Shown: positions 40,400 to 53,700 of the stretch, piece by piece | Layout: each line of letters starts with the position of its first letter | Position numbering within the stretch: the first letter of the stretch is position 1 | Origin: Vicugna vicugna | Lineage: Eukaryota | Assembly (NCBI GenBank): GCA_013265495.1 | Contig: MU058004.1 | Location: forward strand, 1 to 62,000 | Direction: 5' to 3' | Length of the DNA: 62,000 nt | Made by a program: the position numbers and the translations under genes | Notes under the pieces: generated by a model | Told to the model about the DNA's origin: nothing | Database searches by the model: none | What the model saw: the letters and a program-made list of their open reading frames with translations, nothing else

Positions 40400-41290
40400 A
40401 GCGATTTGTGGCCAGTTGTGTCTGTAGTCACGTTTGGACTGCATTATTCTCTATGTTATCCAATACTTTCCTTTAAGCAGTTCCTCACTTCCTGGGACTC
40501 AGGGCGCTCCAGGCTCTTCGTGTATTTTCTCAGCTTCCACCCTAGTATCAGGCGTTTCTCTGAGGAGTCCTGGTTCCTCTCGTTGAAGGTGGTATTTAAA
40601 AACCAAGATCTGGGCAGGAAGCACGCTGGCTGCCCCGGGGTGTGACGTGCTCCCAGGCCTCTCAGAGGGCAGAGCTGGGAACACGCGTCTGCGCGCTCCC
40701 CGGCAGGTGCGGGCGTGTGGGCGCCTCGTGTCTGTCTGCGAGTGGGATGTAAACCGTCCACCCTGGCCTCCCCCGGGCTCAGCTGGCCCCGCCGTGCCCA
40801 GCCCTTCCCCGGTGTGTTTACCTGCTCAGTCCTAGTGGACATGCAGGTGCAGGCTGCTAACCCATGCCACCGTGGGAAGTAGACTTTAGCAGCCCGAGTC
40901 CAGCGGCTGTGTAGAACCATCCTTCCTTTACGGTGTTCAGGAAAAGCACCGCTTTGCACAGTTGCCAGGTCAGCTCCTTTCTGTCCACTCTTCGGGGGGC
41001 TGTCCTCCATCAAAGACCAGACTCCCTTCGGCATGCACCAGCCCGGGTGCCCCCATCCCAGCTGTTCTTGACTTTGTCATAGCCACTGTCACTCTTTGTG
41101 GTGTGCTGTGGGGCCACACGTGTGTGGAGCACATACCCCCTGAAGGACCACGCAGGACAGTTGCATCACCCCACAACCTCCCCAGCGTGGCCCTCAGGGG
41201 ACACAACCCCTGGCAACCACTGTGCTGTTTTCTGTCCTTATAATTTTGCCAATTCCAAATGAAAGAAGAGTAAATAAATACATAGTATCT
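40400..41290 (-). mobile_element. Ancient L1MC/MD-like 3'UTR fragment, unusually GC-rich
   Basis: gagtcctggttcct...ggtatttaaaaaccaagatctggg and cccctggcaaccactgtgctgttttctgtcc are L1M 3'UTR hallmarks. Confidence 0.65.
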
Positions 41291-44200
41291 GGTGGTGAGG
41301 TACACTTCCTCGCCCACCCTCGGGTGGCACACACTGGGGAGGGGCACACAGGGGCCCAGTGAGCAAAGATCCACACAGCCACACAGACGAGACTCAGTGG
41401 GACAGGCAGGGTCCATCCCACACATGAACCCCATGGCTAGGCACCACCGTGGAGCACCAGGGGACCTGCAGAGGTGGCACTGGCTGGGCAGGTGCTGTGG
41501 GAGCAACAGGAGGCACCACCCAGCCCATCTGGATGGAGGAAATGTGTCCTGGCAGGGTGTCTGGCGGGGCGACACCGGGTCCCTCGGGAAGCACCACTGG
41601 TCCCAGTGCCCGGGGGGCTGTGTGCCCAGCAGCAGGAGTGCCACGTTCTCAGCCCCGCTCCCCTCTGCCTCCCCCTTCTTCCTGGCTCTCCCCCTTGCTC
41701 TGTGGTAACAGGGAACTGGTGTTTTTCATCCTTTGCTGTCCTCGCTCATCGTCAGGTTCCTGACTTTAAAGGTGACGCAGGAAACCTGAGCCCAGTGTTA
41801 CTCAGAAAGTCGCCGACACAGTTGCTTCTCACTGATGTGGCCTCGGGTGTTTCCGCTGGGTTTCTGGGCCTTGTGGACAAAGCAGGCCCTCCACCTGGCT
41901 GAACTCTGATGTGTCTGTGGCACAGAGACCCAGGGAGGGTGTCAGAGGTCTGAAGCAGGCCCTCATTAACCCCTCAGCACTCATCTCAGCCACGTGCAGT
42001 GGAGCCATCACAGCAGCCAACATGGGCACATGCCTAGCCAACCCAGCTTGGAGCCCGGCCTGCCCCCCAGAGTCAGCTCTGGGCGGGGCTGGCTGCACGG
42101 AGCAGCTGGGCCTCCTCCAACCCTCCTCCCCGACCCACAGGAGCAATCTGCCTGTCCTGCACAGCTTGGTGGGCGTGTCCTCAGTCTCCTGGACAGGGAG
42201 TGAGGGTGAGACGCAGAGCTAAGCTGTCCAGCATAGGGGCAGCAGGACACTCTCTCTTGTTCCTGTCTCTCCCCTATCTACTCCATCCTTCAGCAGACCA
42301 GCTTCCCAGACTTTGTTCCTGCTGCATCCAAACTGTAGCTGCCCTGCCGTGGTTGAGCACAGACAGACTCTCCAACGTGTGGCCCCACCTGGTACCCTGG
42401 CAGAGGGTCACCAGCACCTCGGCCCCATCTGGTCATCCCCGAATCACTGAGGGCTGCCCTCCACTTTACTCCTTTCCCCCTTCTGTGACCCTTGTTCTCT
42501 CTACTTGCATGAGGAATCACCTGACCCACCCTCTCCTCCCAACTGGCCCCTCCAGACTCTGGCAAAGATGACCTGCCTAAAACATGGATTGATTCCAGCC
42601 TGGCCCTGCCCAGCCTGCCAGCCACACCTACAGTATCTCCTCTTCCTCCTTATGGGTCCCCGTCAGGAAAAGGGGGTGCTATCGGGGCTCAGGCCCATCA
42701 CCTTGGTTATGGGGTGAGGGCAGGGGCCTGTGGGCCTCATACTGTCCCCATTCCCGTCCTGGTGGTTGGGGCCTGGCTCAGCCACCAGTGCTCTGTGTCT
42801 GAGCACCTGTCATCTATTGGTGTGAGCAAGGCCACCCAACAGGCGCCAAAGTCAGATTGTCACACAGCATGTTTTCTGCTCCTGTGGAGGAGGGTGTGAC
42901 AGAGAGACAGGAAGAGGGGAGAAGGGGAGCTGGAGAGAAAGGACAAAGCGACTGTGCTAAGTGGGTCTTCCTGCACTGAGGGCCTCAGTTTCCTCACCTG
43001 TAAAGCAGGTTGTTTCCAAAAGTGCCGCAGCAGCTCTACGATGCGAGTGAGCGGAAGGCAACGTCCTGGCCTTCTCTCGGGGGGCCTCCTGGCAGGAGAG
43101 GGTTAACCACCAACCAGAAACCCGAGTAACCAGAGTAACCAGCAAGTCTCAATTAGAACAAAGCTGCAGGTGAAAGGTTATGGTAGCAAATGTCAGCATC
43201 AGGGGGTGAAACCTAGGATTTTCAACCACAAGGGGCAATCCAGGTAAGGGGAAAACCCTCTCTCTGGGGCTGAGAAACTGTTTGGGTGAAGTAATGAGTT
43301 GAAATGGACTCTAAAAAGTGCCAAGTTGTAGCTGAGTGTCTGGAGACCGGAGATCTGGTTCAAACTTTTCTGTACCTTTTAGGTGAACTGTTACACTCTC
43401 ACACTGTTGTCTTCAGTGAGAGTTAGCTTTTATAGAGAATTACACCAAGCTCCTGAAGTACGAAGGAGCAAGGCCCAGGAAACTTCTAGTGGAGGGGGCA
43501 CTGTTGTCACCTGGGTCTGGAGGGGCCTGTGGGGCTGAGCAGGTGGCGACGGGGGCCCAGGCAGTGGAAATGCAAAAGTTCAGAGGCTGAGAGATTGTGC
43601 AGCTTGGTGAGAAAGCAATGCGTCATCTCAAGTGGAGCTCGAGATACACACTCACAAGCCACACAAAACTTGCATTTTCCGTCTGCAGCTTGTTCACTGT
43701 CTTGGGGTGTCCCGTCAAGGTTACCTCGTGGACGAGCTCAGGCCACTTCCTTGGAGCTTCTGGTGTGTCCATGGGATCGGCCTCCCCATCCTGTGGGAGC
43801 CTGTGTCCTTACCTGGACCCTGATTTATCCAGGAGAAGCCTCAGCTCTGGGGTAGGGAGCTTAGCTGGCCAACGAGGCTCAAACTCCAGCCCTTCTGCGT
43901 TCACCCACTTCCAAGACTAAGCTGAGAGGAGTCCAGCTCCTGGCACCGAACCTCTGCCTCTGCTATTCCTGACTCTCTAGAAATTGGGGGCCAGGCCTGC
44001 CAGCCTGCACCCCCACCGCTGTTGGAACCTGTCTTGGGGTTCTGGGAGCCTTGGGTCCGGCAGACACCCAGGGCCAGTGCCCCGCGCACACCGAGGCTCC
44101 CTGAGGCCAGCAGGCGGCGCTGCAGGAGCGTGGGAGCAGCAGCAGGACTGGGCTTTCTCCCCAGTGTGACCCCACTCCTTGCAGTGTTTGCTGAGGCCCC

Positions 44201-44420
44201 CTGCTGGCCAGGGAATGTGGGCTCAGAGCAGGGGTCAGGCTGCAGTGCAGGGAGGGCTGCGACCTCCAGAGGTGTCCCAGCGCAAGAGCCAGAGCTCTGG
44301 GAAGCCCTCCACCACCTCCCTCCATGTACACCGTGTCCGATGCTTCAGGTGTGGGTCCACTTAAGCAGCCTGGGCAGCCCTTGGTGCCTGTTTCACAGAT
44401 GGGAAAGTGGAGACCCAGAA

Positions 44421-44757
44421 GAGGGCAGGACCAGGAGAGGGTAGGACCAGGTGAGGGCAGGACCAGGTGAGGCAGAACCAGGTGAGGCAGGACCAGGTGA
44501 GGGTAGGACCAGGAGAGGGCAGGACCAGGTGAGGCAGGACCAGGTGAGGCAGGACCAGGAGAGGGCAGGACCAGGAGAGGGTAGGACCAGGAGAGGGCAG
44601 GACCAGGTGAGGCAGGACCAGGTGAGGGCAGGACCAGGTGAGGGCAGGACCAGGAGAGGGCAGGACTAGGTGAGGAAGGACCAGGTGAGGGTAGGACCAG
44701 GTGAGGGCAGGACCAGGAGAGGGCAGGACCAGGTGAGGCAGGACCAGGTGAGGCAGG
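44421..44757. repeat. G-rich minisatellite of mixed 15/17-bp units (gag[gg]caggaccagg[t/a])
   Basis: About 20 tandem units seen directly. The repetitive ORFs in this interval are artefacts of it. Confidence 0.95.
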
Positions 44758-47700
44758 GGCTGAGGCGGGGGCTGAGGCGGGCAGTCAGCATGGGCCCTGC
44801 AGGACCTTGTCCTGGGGGGTTCCTGCCACTTCTTCTCCAAGTCCTGGGGTCTCAGGTCTGCCTGGGACCGTCTTCTGGGCTGAGGGCGTGTGCAGTGCTG
44901 GTGTGGGTGAGTGTGCCTCGAGGGGTGCGTGTGTGTGCTTATCTGAGCGTGTGGGGGGTTTCTGGGTCTATCTGAGCCTGTAGGCGTCATCTCTTCCTCC
45001 GCCTAAGATACTCAGAGAAGTTGTGTCACAGATGTGTTCACAAGACAGGTCCAAGCCGTTTTCCCCACGCAGCGTCTGCAGGTGACGTCCCCGCCTTTCA
45101 TGGGACTTCAGGGGCGCCATCCCTGCTGACCCAGGAGGTGCCCAGAGGTGGCGCCCTTTCTTGGGAGGGGATGCTCAGTGAAACTCATCAACTCCCCTCT
45201 ACTTCCAGAAGCAGCAGTAACTTTGTTCACATTCAGCAGAAAGTCCAAATTGCCTCATTTTGGAGGTCATGTGGCCAGGCTTCCTGGAGCCAGAGTGTGA
45301 CTCAGCTTGAGAAGGCTGGGGTGCACCCCACCCACCACAGCCTTTGGGGCCAGCCACATCGCGCCTCTGCCCACGCTGCCAGCAAGCTGTCCCAGCAGGG
45401 GGGTTCTATCCCCTGGCTGCCTGGCCCGTCCTCCTGGGGACGGCTGGTAGCTTTAGTGGAGGCACAAGCTGGGGAGGGGGCAGCTACAGTTGGGAAGGGG
45501 TCATGAGCAGGGTCTTGTCAATGTCATCCTGGTCTTGCCCACACATGTCACCCAGCTTGGCCCCTTTGGGCAGGCTAGGCGCCCTCCTGTTATCTCATAG
45601 CCCTTGGGCAGGAGCCGGGCGGCCTGCCTGCACAGGACACCAAGCCTGCCCTGCGGGTCTGTCCTGCCTCTTGTGGCTTCTGTGCTATCCATTCGCTGCT
45701 GTGTGGCATTGGCCAAGTTCCCCAACCTCTCTGTGCCTATTTCTTCATCTGTAAATGGGCATGATTGGAGGATCAGACAAGATGCCCAGGACTTGTCGAA
45801 TGCCCAGCACAGGGCCCGGCGCAGGCTCTTCCTCCCCAGAGCCAGGCTGGTTTGTGCACCTCTCCAGTGGGAGCCTGGGGGGATGAGGAGGAGTGACTGG
45901 CTGTGGCAGGCGTCCACCCCACAGAGGAAGCCTTTAGGGAGAGCTCTCTTCACATCCTGAATTTTCTTCCTTCTGTGCATCAGCAAGTTGGCATAGAACA
46001 GCCAATGCTTCGTAGACCCTCGTGATAAAGATTCTGAACTTAAATTGTGGGCTTTGGGGCGGCAATTGAGCAGTCCCTGGGATTCGAGGATGAGCCCCGC
46101 ATGGTGAGTGGTCAGCCTGACACGGGCAGCTGAGGATTCACAGTCTGGAAACAACGGAGAAGCAGATGACAGGGAGGAAAGGGATGTGGACACTGCGGGT
46201 GGACACTCAGTACCCCGGCTCAGGTTGGCACAAAAACCGCCAGCTCTCAACCCTGTGGCTGCACAGCCTGGAGTCCAATCTTACCAAATAAAGTTTGTGT
46301 TGCTCGACAATCTTCCTCAGGTAGTTCCAGGAACAGGGTCCTGAGCTGCGGGGACCCAGCCATGTGGGTTCAGGATCACAGCTCCAGGTCTGACCAGTGA
46401 GCTGGCAGCCTGGGGAAGACATTCACACTTTGTAACTGTGCTCAGAGGCTGTACTTTACCGTTTAAATGTCTTAAAAACAAAGCCAGCCATCCCAATATG
46501 TACCATGGGGTAAAGTCCATGACAAGGCAGGGCAGCATGGACAAGCAGGGACTGGGCCCATGAGACACGAAGGGACAAAGGCAAAGCTGGGAGGCATCGG
46601 GCAAGACTAGGTGACGTTTAGATGCTTCAATCCCGTGAAGCTCCCTGTCTGCTCACTGTCTAATCACAGGCCTGGGAAACCTTTCCTCAGCTCCAAAATA
46701 CAAAAAGAAAGCTGCTTTTGAGTTTGGGAGCTGCTGTCTAGGGACACCACACAGGTGTCTGGGGGATTTCCTGGGAAAGCTGTGCTCCCCAACATGCCTC
46801 CTCTGCAGCCAAGTTTCCTTCTCCTCTCCCCCCAACCCTGCCACCCCAGGACCCCACCCAGCCAGGAGGCAGAGAGGCTCAGGCGGAGCCCTGCTGACCC
46901 TTCTCCTCCACCGCCTTCCCACCGAGCTAACCCAGATGTCCGGAGCAATGCCTGTGATGAGCTGGACACCACCCTCCCTGACCACCACAGACACATGCCT
47001 CAGGCCGGGGGCTCAGGGAGCAGGTCCAACCCAGTGGAGATCCCTGGGGAGGTGCCCCACCCAGAGAGTGGGGGTGGGAAGTTCCCTGGACTTCCTCAGC
47101 ACTTGCTGGCCTGGTTCAAGCGTCCCTTTAAGGACCTTTCAGTCACCTCTGAGCCGAGTTTTTCTCAAGCTGCACATTCAGAGCTGACTTAGGCTCACGA
47201 GGAAATGATTTGCCTGTCGACTCTGCGGCTGACCGGCTCGTGTTTAGTGGCCCTGGTCCTCCCTGGACTCTTCCCCTTGGAAGTGAGAAGCCTGTGGCCA
47301 GTCGGTGCTAAGGGTCCTCCAGCTCATGTTGTGAAAACGCTCAGTGGACTTCAGCTCCAAAGTCACTTGAGGCCCCTGGTCCTCTGTCTCTAACCTGCGC
47401 CAGGCGCCCAGAGCCAGAGCCTTTCTCTGTAACGACCGTACAGACACTGAGGCCTCGGTCGGCAGGCCCCCTGGGGCTGCGGGGGCTCAGCACCTGCTCC
47501 CCAACCAGCAGGACCACAGCCTCTTCTGTCACTGCTGCTGGGGCCACGCTGATGTCCCGGGTCTCCGGCACCTGTACAGCATGGTGTGTAGTTTCTGTTT
47601 CATGCTCACGTGACCATGTGGGCCTCGCTCTTCACAAGTCAACCGGGGGCCCTGTGGTGCCCAGGCTCTCAGGGCAACGCTCACCCACCCCCCAGGGTGG

Positions 47701-49024
47701 AGGCACTGGTGAACCCAGGCTCTGCCCACCAAGCAGACCAGCCTGGAAATCCACCCACTGTGCTCTGTCCCCAGGGCCCAGTGTCCTTGGCGGGGGGACC
47801 AGTGAAGCACTTGAGTATGTGTCAGCGGGCAGCTGCCGCGCTTGGTAGGAAGGTCTGAGCCAGGAAGAAACGCCCAGCAATTAGCCCGCGTTTGCAGAAG
47901 CACAGCCAGCTGGCTCTTCGCTGTCCTTCTAGGTGGCCTCTGCCTAGGCCAGGCGTGAGGTGCAGCCTGAGGGGCCTGCCCCCTGAGCCCTCAAGGAGCA
48001 GCCCAAAGACCGTGGACGCTGCCTCCACTTTCCTGTTACTGAGGATGGGCCTGATTCATGTGTTTCCTGTGACAGCCACATCATCACATCCGCCCTGAGA
48101 ACTATTTTTAACTGATTTATGTATTTCTTATATGAGGAACACATCAACTTCTGTTTCAGTCTGTTTTACCGGAAAGTGTTGCAACTGTGCTCAGCTCAGC
48201 AACATTATCACCACGGAGCAGCAGGGGAAGCCCGTCTCGCCTCCAGAGTCTTGCAAAAATTAATAAAGTTAGAAATGTGAGGAGGGCTCAGATGAAAGGA
48301 GAGGCTCAGTACTTACCTCCTGGAGGTTCAAGAGGCCCGCTGTGAAGAGAATGCTTTCTTTGCAAGCCCACGGCAGGCTCTCGGGGGCCCTGCTGTTGCT
48401 GCCAGGGCTCCCAGACTGGCCATGCCGAGCTGATGTCTGCACTCGGCCCACTCCTCAGGGAGCCCTGTCCCCCCTCGGCCCCTGGGTGCCCTTCTTTGAG
48501 GCAAAGGTCTCCAGAGGATGCTGTGGGCAGCCAATACAGTCCCTTCTCTCTCAAACAAGGAGAGGCTCAGGAAAACGGTCCCACCACAGTCAGTGTGGTG
48601 GTTGGGCCCATGGCTGATTTCCGTCCCTCAGTGTGGCACCAGGCTGACCTGGCCATACCCTGGGCAGCAGTGACCTGTATAGGGTCCTGACACTGTCCCC
48701 ACAGCTCACCCTCAGCTCCCAGTCCCAGCCAGGCCTTCTACTTCTCTGACCTTTCTTAGCCTGTCACTCACGTCCATTTTCAGCTTTCGGGGCCTCTCTG
48801 GGCTTTGTCAGAGTCTGGCTGGATGGGACACATTGTGACTGTTTTCTCCCCAGAAGCCTCCAGCAGCCTGGTGGGGCCATCTCTGTCCTGGGGTTACCGG
48901 GCAAGGAGGGTCTTGCAGAGTGTAGGCTGAGCCACCTGGAAGCTGCAAGCGTTCTTCCCCTCCTGGGCCTGCCCCTACCCTCCTCTCTTCTGGAAGAAGC
49001 AGCAGGGGTGGCCCAGGCTGAGGA

Positions 49025-49244
49025 CCTCCTCGCTGTGCGACCTCACTGGGTCCCTTACCCTCTCTGGGCGTTTATTTCTCCTAGGGTCCTTGTGAGAACT
49101 GAGCAGAGACTGGCTCTGTTGAGGGGAGGACGGCTTACTGGGAAGGTCCAGGACGTCGGGGATGGGGACACACAGAGGTCAGGTGGGTGGCTACAGGAAG
49201 GCAGAGGGAGGTGACAAAGGAGACACTATCAGTGAAAGGCCAGG
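49025..49244 (+). repeat. Left arm of a 220-bp inverted repeat
   Basis: Reverse complement of 50546-50765. About 5 mismatches and no gaps by manual comparison. Confidence 0.95.
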
Positions 49245-49509
49245 AAGGGCCGGTGGGGCTGGACCTGGGGCCTGTGGGGGCTCCCGGACATGCTGCAGGC
49301 TCCTTCAGGCCACCTGCCTCCCTCCTGAGTCCTTCACCCACAGGTGCTCGCTTATTCACACACAGCCTTCTGGCGAAGGAACTGAAGCTCAGAGGGCTCA
49401 GCACCCCGCCCCCACGCCCCGGCAGCGTGAGGGCCAGGGCGTGGATTCCAGCCCCAGAAGCCCTGCTCCAGAGCCCGCGCTCTGAGCCCCTATGCTATAA
49501 TTTGCGTCC

Positions 49510-50110
49510 TGCAGGGCTCACGATATCTAAAATTTAATGTGGAAAAACGGTTCCACTCTGTCTCACCCCATACCCAAAAATAAACTCAGATAGATTAAAG
49601 GCAAAAAGCATAATTATAAAAGCTCTGGAAGGAAATGCAAGAGCTTTGTGCACACTCTCAGAACGGCAGACAAGATGCAAAATCCAAGACCCAAAGAAAC
49701 AACTGGCAAATTTGACTACAGAAAATTTGAGGACTTCTGTGTGATTAAAAAAAAAAAAACACCATTAATAAGGTGAAATATTAAGCAACAGACTGGGAAC
49801 AAATGTCTTCAACGTAAATACGAGGACTGATACGCATCATACATAAAAAATTCCCACAAATCAGCAAGAAGAAAATCAACAACCCAACAGAAGAGCAAAA
49901 ATGATTAAAAAACATCTTAATGAATACAACAAAATATTCAATCTCCACATTAATCATAGGAGTGAGAAGCTGAGAAATTCTCAATGGCAAGAGCCAGTGT
50001 TGATGAGGCAAGGAAACGGGGCCTTCAAACCACGCAGGGTCGAGAAGCAGAACCACCTTCTGTATGGCGATTTGGCGCCTCTTCCAGAAATTTAAATGCA
50101 CCTACCCCGA
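49510..50110 (+). mobile_element. Old L1M ORF2 3' fragment in the inverted-repeat spacer
   Basis: ccatacccaaaaataaactcagatagattaaag...gcaacagactgggaacaaat...aacaacccaacagaa. Confidence 0.7.
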
Positions 50111-50545
50111 GACCCCCGCCCTGTGGAAAGAAGTCTGTGCGGGGAGGTTCGAGGCCACATGTGGAAATAGCTCCTGAGGGACCAAGCTTGGAGTCTTGAC
50201 CTTCCAGGGAAACCAGTTGTCATGGAGAACTCAGAGCCCTGAGTCGGGGCCGTGGGGCCTAAGACCCGGAGGGCCAACAGGCTGGCAGTTGGTAAGGATG
50301 CGGTGGGTAGGCCTAGAGGCAGCCGAAGACTCTGTGTCTAGCTGCCCTGAGGGGCTGTGGACATGTGGCTGGGATCTGTGGCCTGTCCTGGACCCCGAGG
50401 GGCCATGTCAAGCCTGGTGGAGACACAGGCTGGGCAGCAGGGACAGCGTAGTAGGGCCTGACCCTCCTGATTTCAGGGAGGTGCGTGTCCCTGTGCAGCA
50501 CCCATTATAGGGACAGGCATTCAGGGTCCAACCCCACCCACCTTG

Positions 50546-50765
50546 CCTGGCCTTTCACTGATAGTGTCTCCTTTGTCACCTCCCTCTGCCTTCCTGTAGC
50601 CACCCACCTGACCTCTGTGTGTCCCCATCCCCGACGTCCTGGACCTTTCCAGTAAGCCGTCCTCCTCTCACCAGAACCAGTCTCTGCTCAGTTCTCACAA
50701 GGACCCTAGGAGAAATAAACGCCCAGAGAGGGTAAGGGACCCAGTGAGGTCACACAGCGAGGAGG
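50546..50765 (-). repeat. Right arm of a 220-bp inverted repeat
   Basis: Reverse complement of 49025-49244. Confidence 0.95.
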
Positions 50766-53700
50766 CCTTAGATCAAAACCACGCCCGCCTGGCTGTGGGG
50801 CGGGTGGGCACCTGGGAGCTGGCTGAGGGTACAGTCTCAGCTGTGCTCTGCAGGCAGGCCCCTTGTCCCACCATGTCCCCGCCCCATGCGGTCTGCCAGC
50901 TTGGCACGAGCCCCTCCCTCCTCTTGGAGGGCTGTGTGGCCCCTGGGGCAGTGCAGGCATGGGCAGCTCCACGCCCTCTTCCCCTTGGGATGACTTTACA
51001 TCCCGGGGAACCACAGCCCCCACCGCCTACAGTGCATTGGAATGAAATGCAGTGGCCCTGCCTTCTGAGTTCCATCTCTAATGTATACGCGCTATCAGCC
51101 AATTATTTGATCCAGATGCCTGTGAAGTGTGCTGTGTCCTGCATGGGGGTGGGTGTCCCGGGCAGAGTCCCCGTCTCATGAACCAGGGAGCAGGGTCTCA
51201 GGAGGGGCACACTCCCATCCTTGAGAACAACACGGGACTTTTTCCAGGTACTTTTCCCACCCCCACACCTCGAGGCCGGGGAAATCGTAAGGGAGGGCTA
51301 ATGGGCTGCAGTGGGAGCTGAGTGGGGGCAAGGGCGCTGGTGGGGAGCTCTGGACTGGCTCCCCAGCCTTCCTCGGGCCCTTGGGATCCTGACCCACAAA
51401 TGGGGTGAAGTCTATACTTCCTCCCTCACCCACATGCCGTGAGGATCGGGATCACTCAGGAGGGACCCTCGGCCCACGAGGGACTATGAAGCCTCATTCC
51501 ACCCCAGGCCAAGTGCTCACTGTTGGCCAGATGTGAGGCGGCCCTGGGGGCACTTGGGGGGCTAGGCCACCTCAGGCCCTGCTGCCCTCAGGAGCTGAGG
51601 CTCCCTGTGTGGGGCCCCACAGGGCGTGATAGGATGCTGCGAGGCCACCCTCCACTCCTGCTCTTGGGACCTTGCCGGAAGTCACCCCACCCATGGCCCT
51701 GCCCAGTCATCTCCTCCTGGCTGCCCCTCGAGCCCTCTCCAGGGGGCAGCTGCAGGAACACCGTGGGCCCCGGGTCAGGTAGCATCTCCTCTTCTGGCTG
51801 CCTCCCCAGGCTGCCAACTCACTCAGAATCAAGGCCACAGCTCCCCGGCCCAGGGCCCTGCATGACCCCACCACCACACTGACCCAGGGCCCAGGGCAAG
51901 AGGGACAGGCTGAGGGTGTTCCCTCTGGTTGTCCCAGAAGCAGACCCCGACCACCATGGGGACCCTCCTCTGCACATACTCACCAGCCAGGGGGCAGAGG
52001 CCCAGAGGGAGCCCAGGCCCCTGACCACCCAGCCTGGATGCCCCCCTCTTCCCTCCCAACATCTGCCCAGCTCACTCTGCAGATCAGACCTGTGTCCTCA
52101 CAAACGGCCGTCTTGGCAAAGTGTGCCTAGCGCTTGAGTGATACAGCCCCAGTCTGGGTCACCGGCTCTGGGGGTGACTCTCTGGACAAGCCCCTGAAGG
52201 CCCACCATGTGCTCACACCCGGTCCGAACAAGAGTACCGCACACATAGCCGAGCCCACGGCGAGGGGAGATCCCCTTGGGAGCCAAGAAGTCAAGGGGGG
52301 CCGGGGCGGGGGTGCCGGTGGGGGACTCACTGCCCCACAGAAGGTACTCTCCCTCCCATTGGGCAACACTGTGTCCCAGCCCCCCTGCCAAGTGGCCTCC
52401 AAATCCGGGCACCGCAGGCCACCTCACTCAAGGGTTCTCAGAAGAGCCCTGAGTCTCAGAGCCACCAACAGCAGGAAGGACTTGGCCTGGCTTCAACTAT
52501 GACTCTGGAATTTTAAGAGCAAAATACTATTTAGGTTAACATGGGCCGGAGCCCATTTCCCACCCCAAACCGAGGTCCAGGGGGACCTCTCATCCCCAGC
52601 TATGGGTGTGTCTGCAAAGAATGACCACAAACTGGAGTCACATCCAAAAGACACAGGCTCCAGTTCCCTCCAGGGCCTGGGGGAAGGGCTGGGAGGATTT
52701 GGGGAGGCCCAGGGATGAGGTCTGGGGGTGCAGCCTGGGCGGGTCAGGGAGCAGAATACAGGCACAGCACAGGACCAAGGCAACCCAGGAGGGGTCCCGT
52801 GGGGACAGGCGGGACCTGGGACTCTGAGAACCAGAGCCGAGATTCCACTCTGAGTCCACGTGGGTCGCTTCTCCTCCATGCTCACCGCCTCTGGAGCTCA
52901 TCTTCCTCCCGAGGCCGGCCCCACCCTGCAAGAGGAGCCCGCTGGCAACCCTGCCCAGCCAGCCCAGGCCGTGGTGAGGTCCTGAATCCCATCAAAGGAC
53001 AACAAACTGACATTCCAGCTGAACCCAAACCAGCCAAAGTCCCCACCCTAGAGCCCATCTCGGGTCCCCTGTCCCTGCAGAGGCTTCTTCAGGCTTCGGT
53101 GCAGAAACAAGGAACCGCTGGTGCAGACCTCGCCCCCAAGGCCACACCCCACCCAGCCCAGGCCCCCTGCACCTCCAGTGGGCCTCTCTGTCCTCCCTTG
53201 GCGTGACCCACAAGTTTCTCAGCAGTCCCAACACAGCCTAAGTGGGGCTGCCACGCCTGCCCCAGGAAGCAGGGCTTCCCCAGACTCGTCTGAACCCTTG
53301 CAGACCTCACTCCTACTGCCTCAGGGGAGCATCCCCTGAGATTCTGGGGGTCTTTCTGGGTCCTGGTCCAGCCCATTCCTTGACCTCGAAACTCCTCCCA
53401 CCCCAGCCCCCCAAATCTCCCCTTCTCCTGAGCCCCACCCAGCCCCACACTGGGGCGGGACCCCCACAACCCTTCCCGGCACATCAGCGCCCGGCCTCAG
53501 CCAGTGGAGCTGGCTCACCGGAAGTGCCCAGGCTCAGAGGGGCCAGGCACCCTGGGGACTGGCTTTCGCGCTCTTCGCAAAGGAAACGTGTGTGCACTCT
53601 GGGCCTGCTGGACCTGATGACAGCTTCTCGTCTATCACCCGGGCTGGGCGGAGCAGATGCTGGGCTCTGCCAGTGTTGACAGATAGCTGGGACCTTGCCT

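Noticed and set aside
44361..44990. Repetitive ORFs (HLVLP/QDQVR repeats), or a CRISPR or Ig-switch-like array
   Set aside because: Plain minisatellite with no unique spacers and no GAGCT/GGGGT switch pentamers. The context is eukaryotic.
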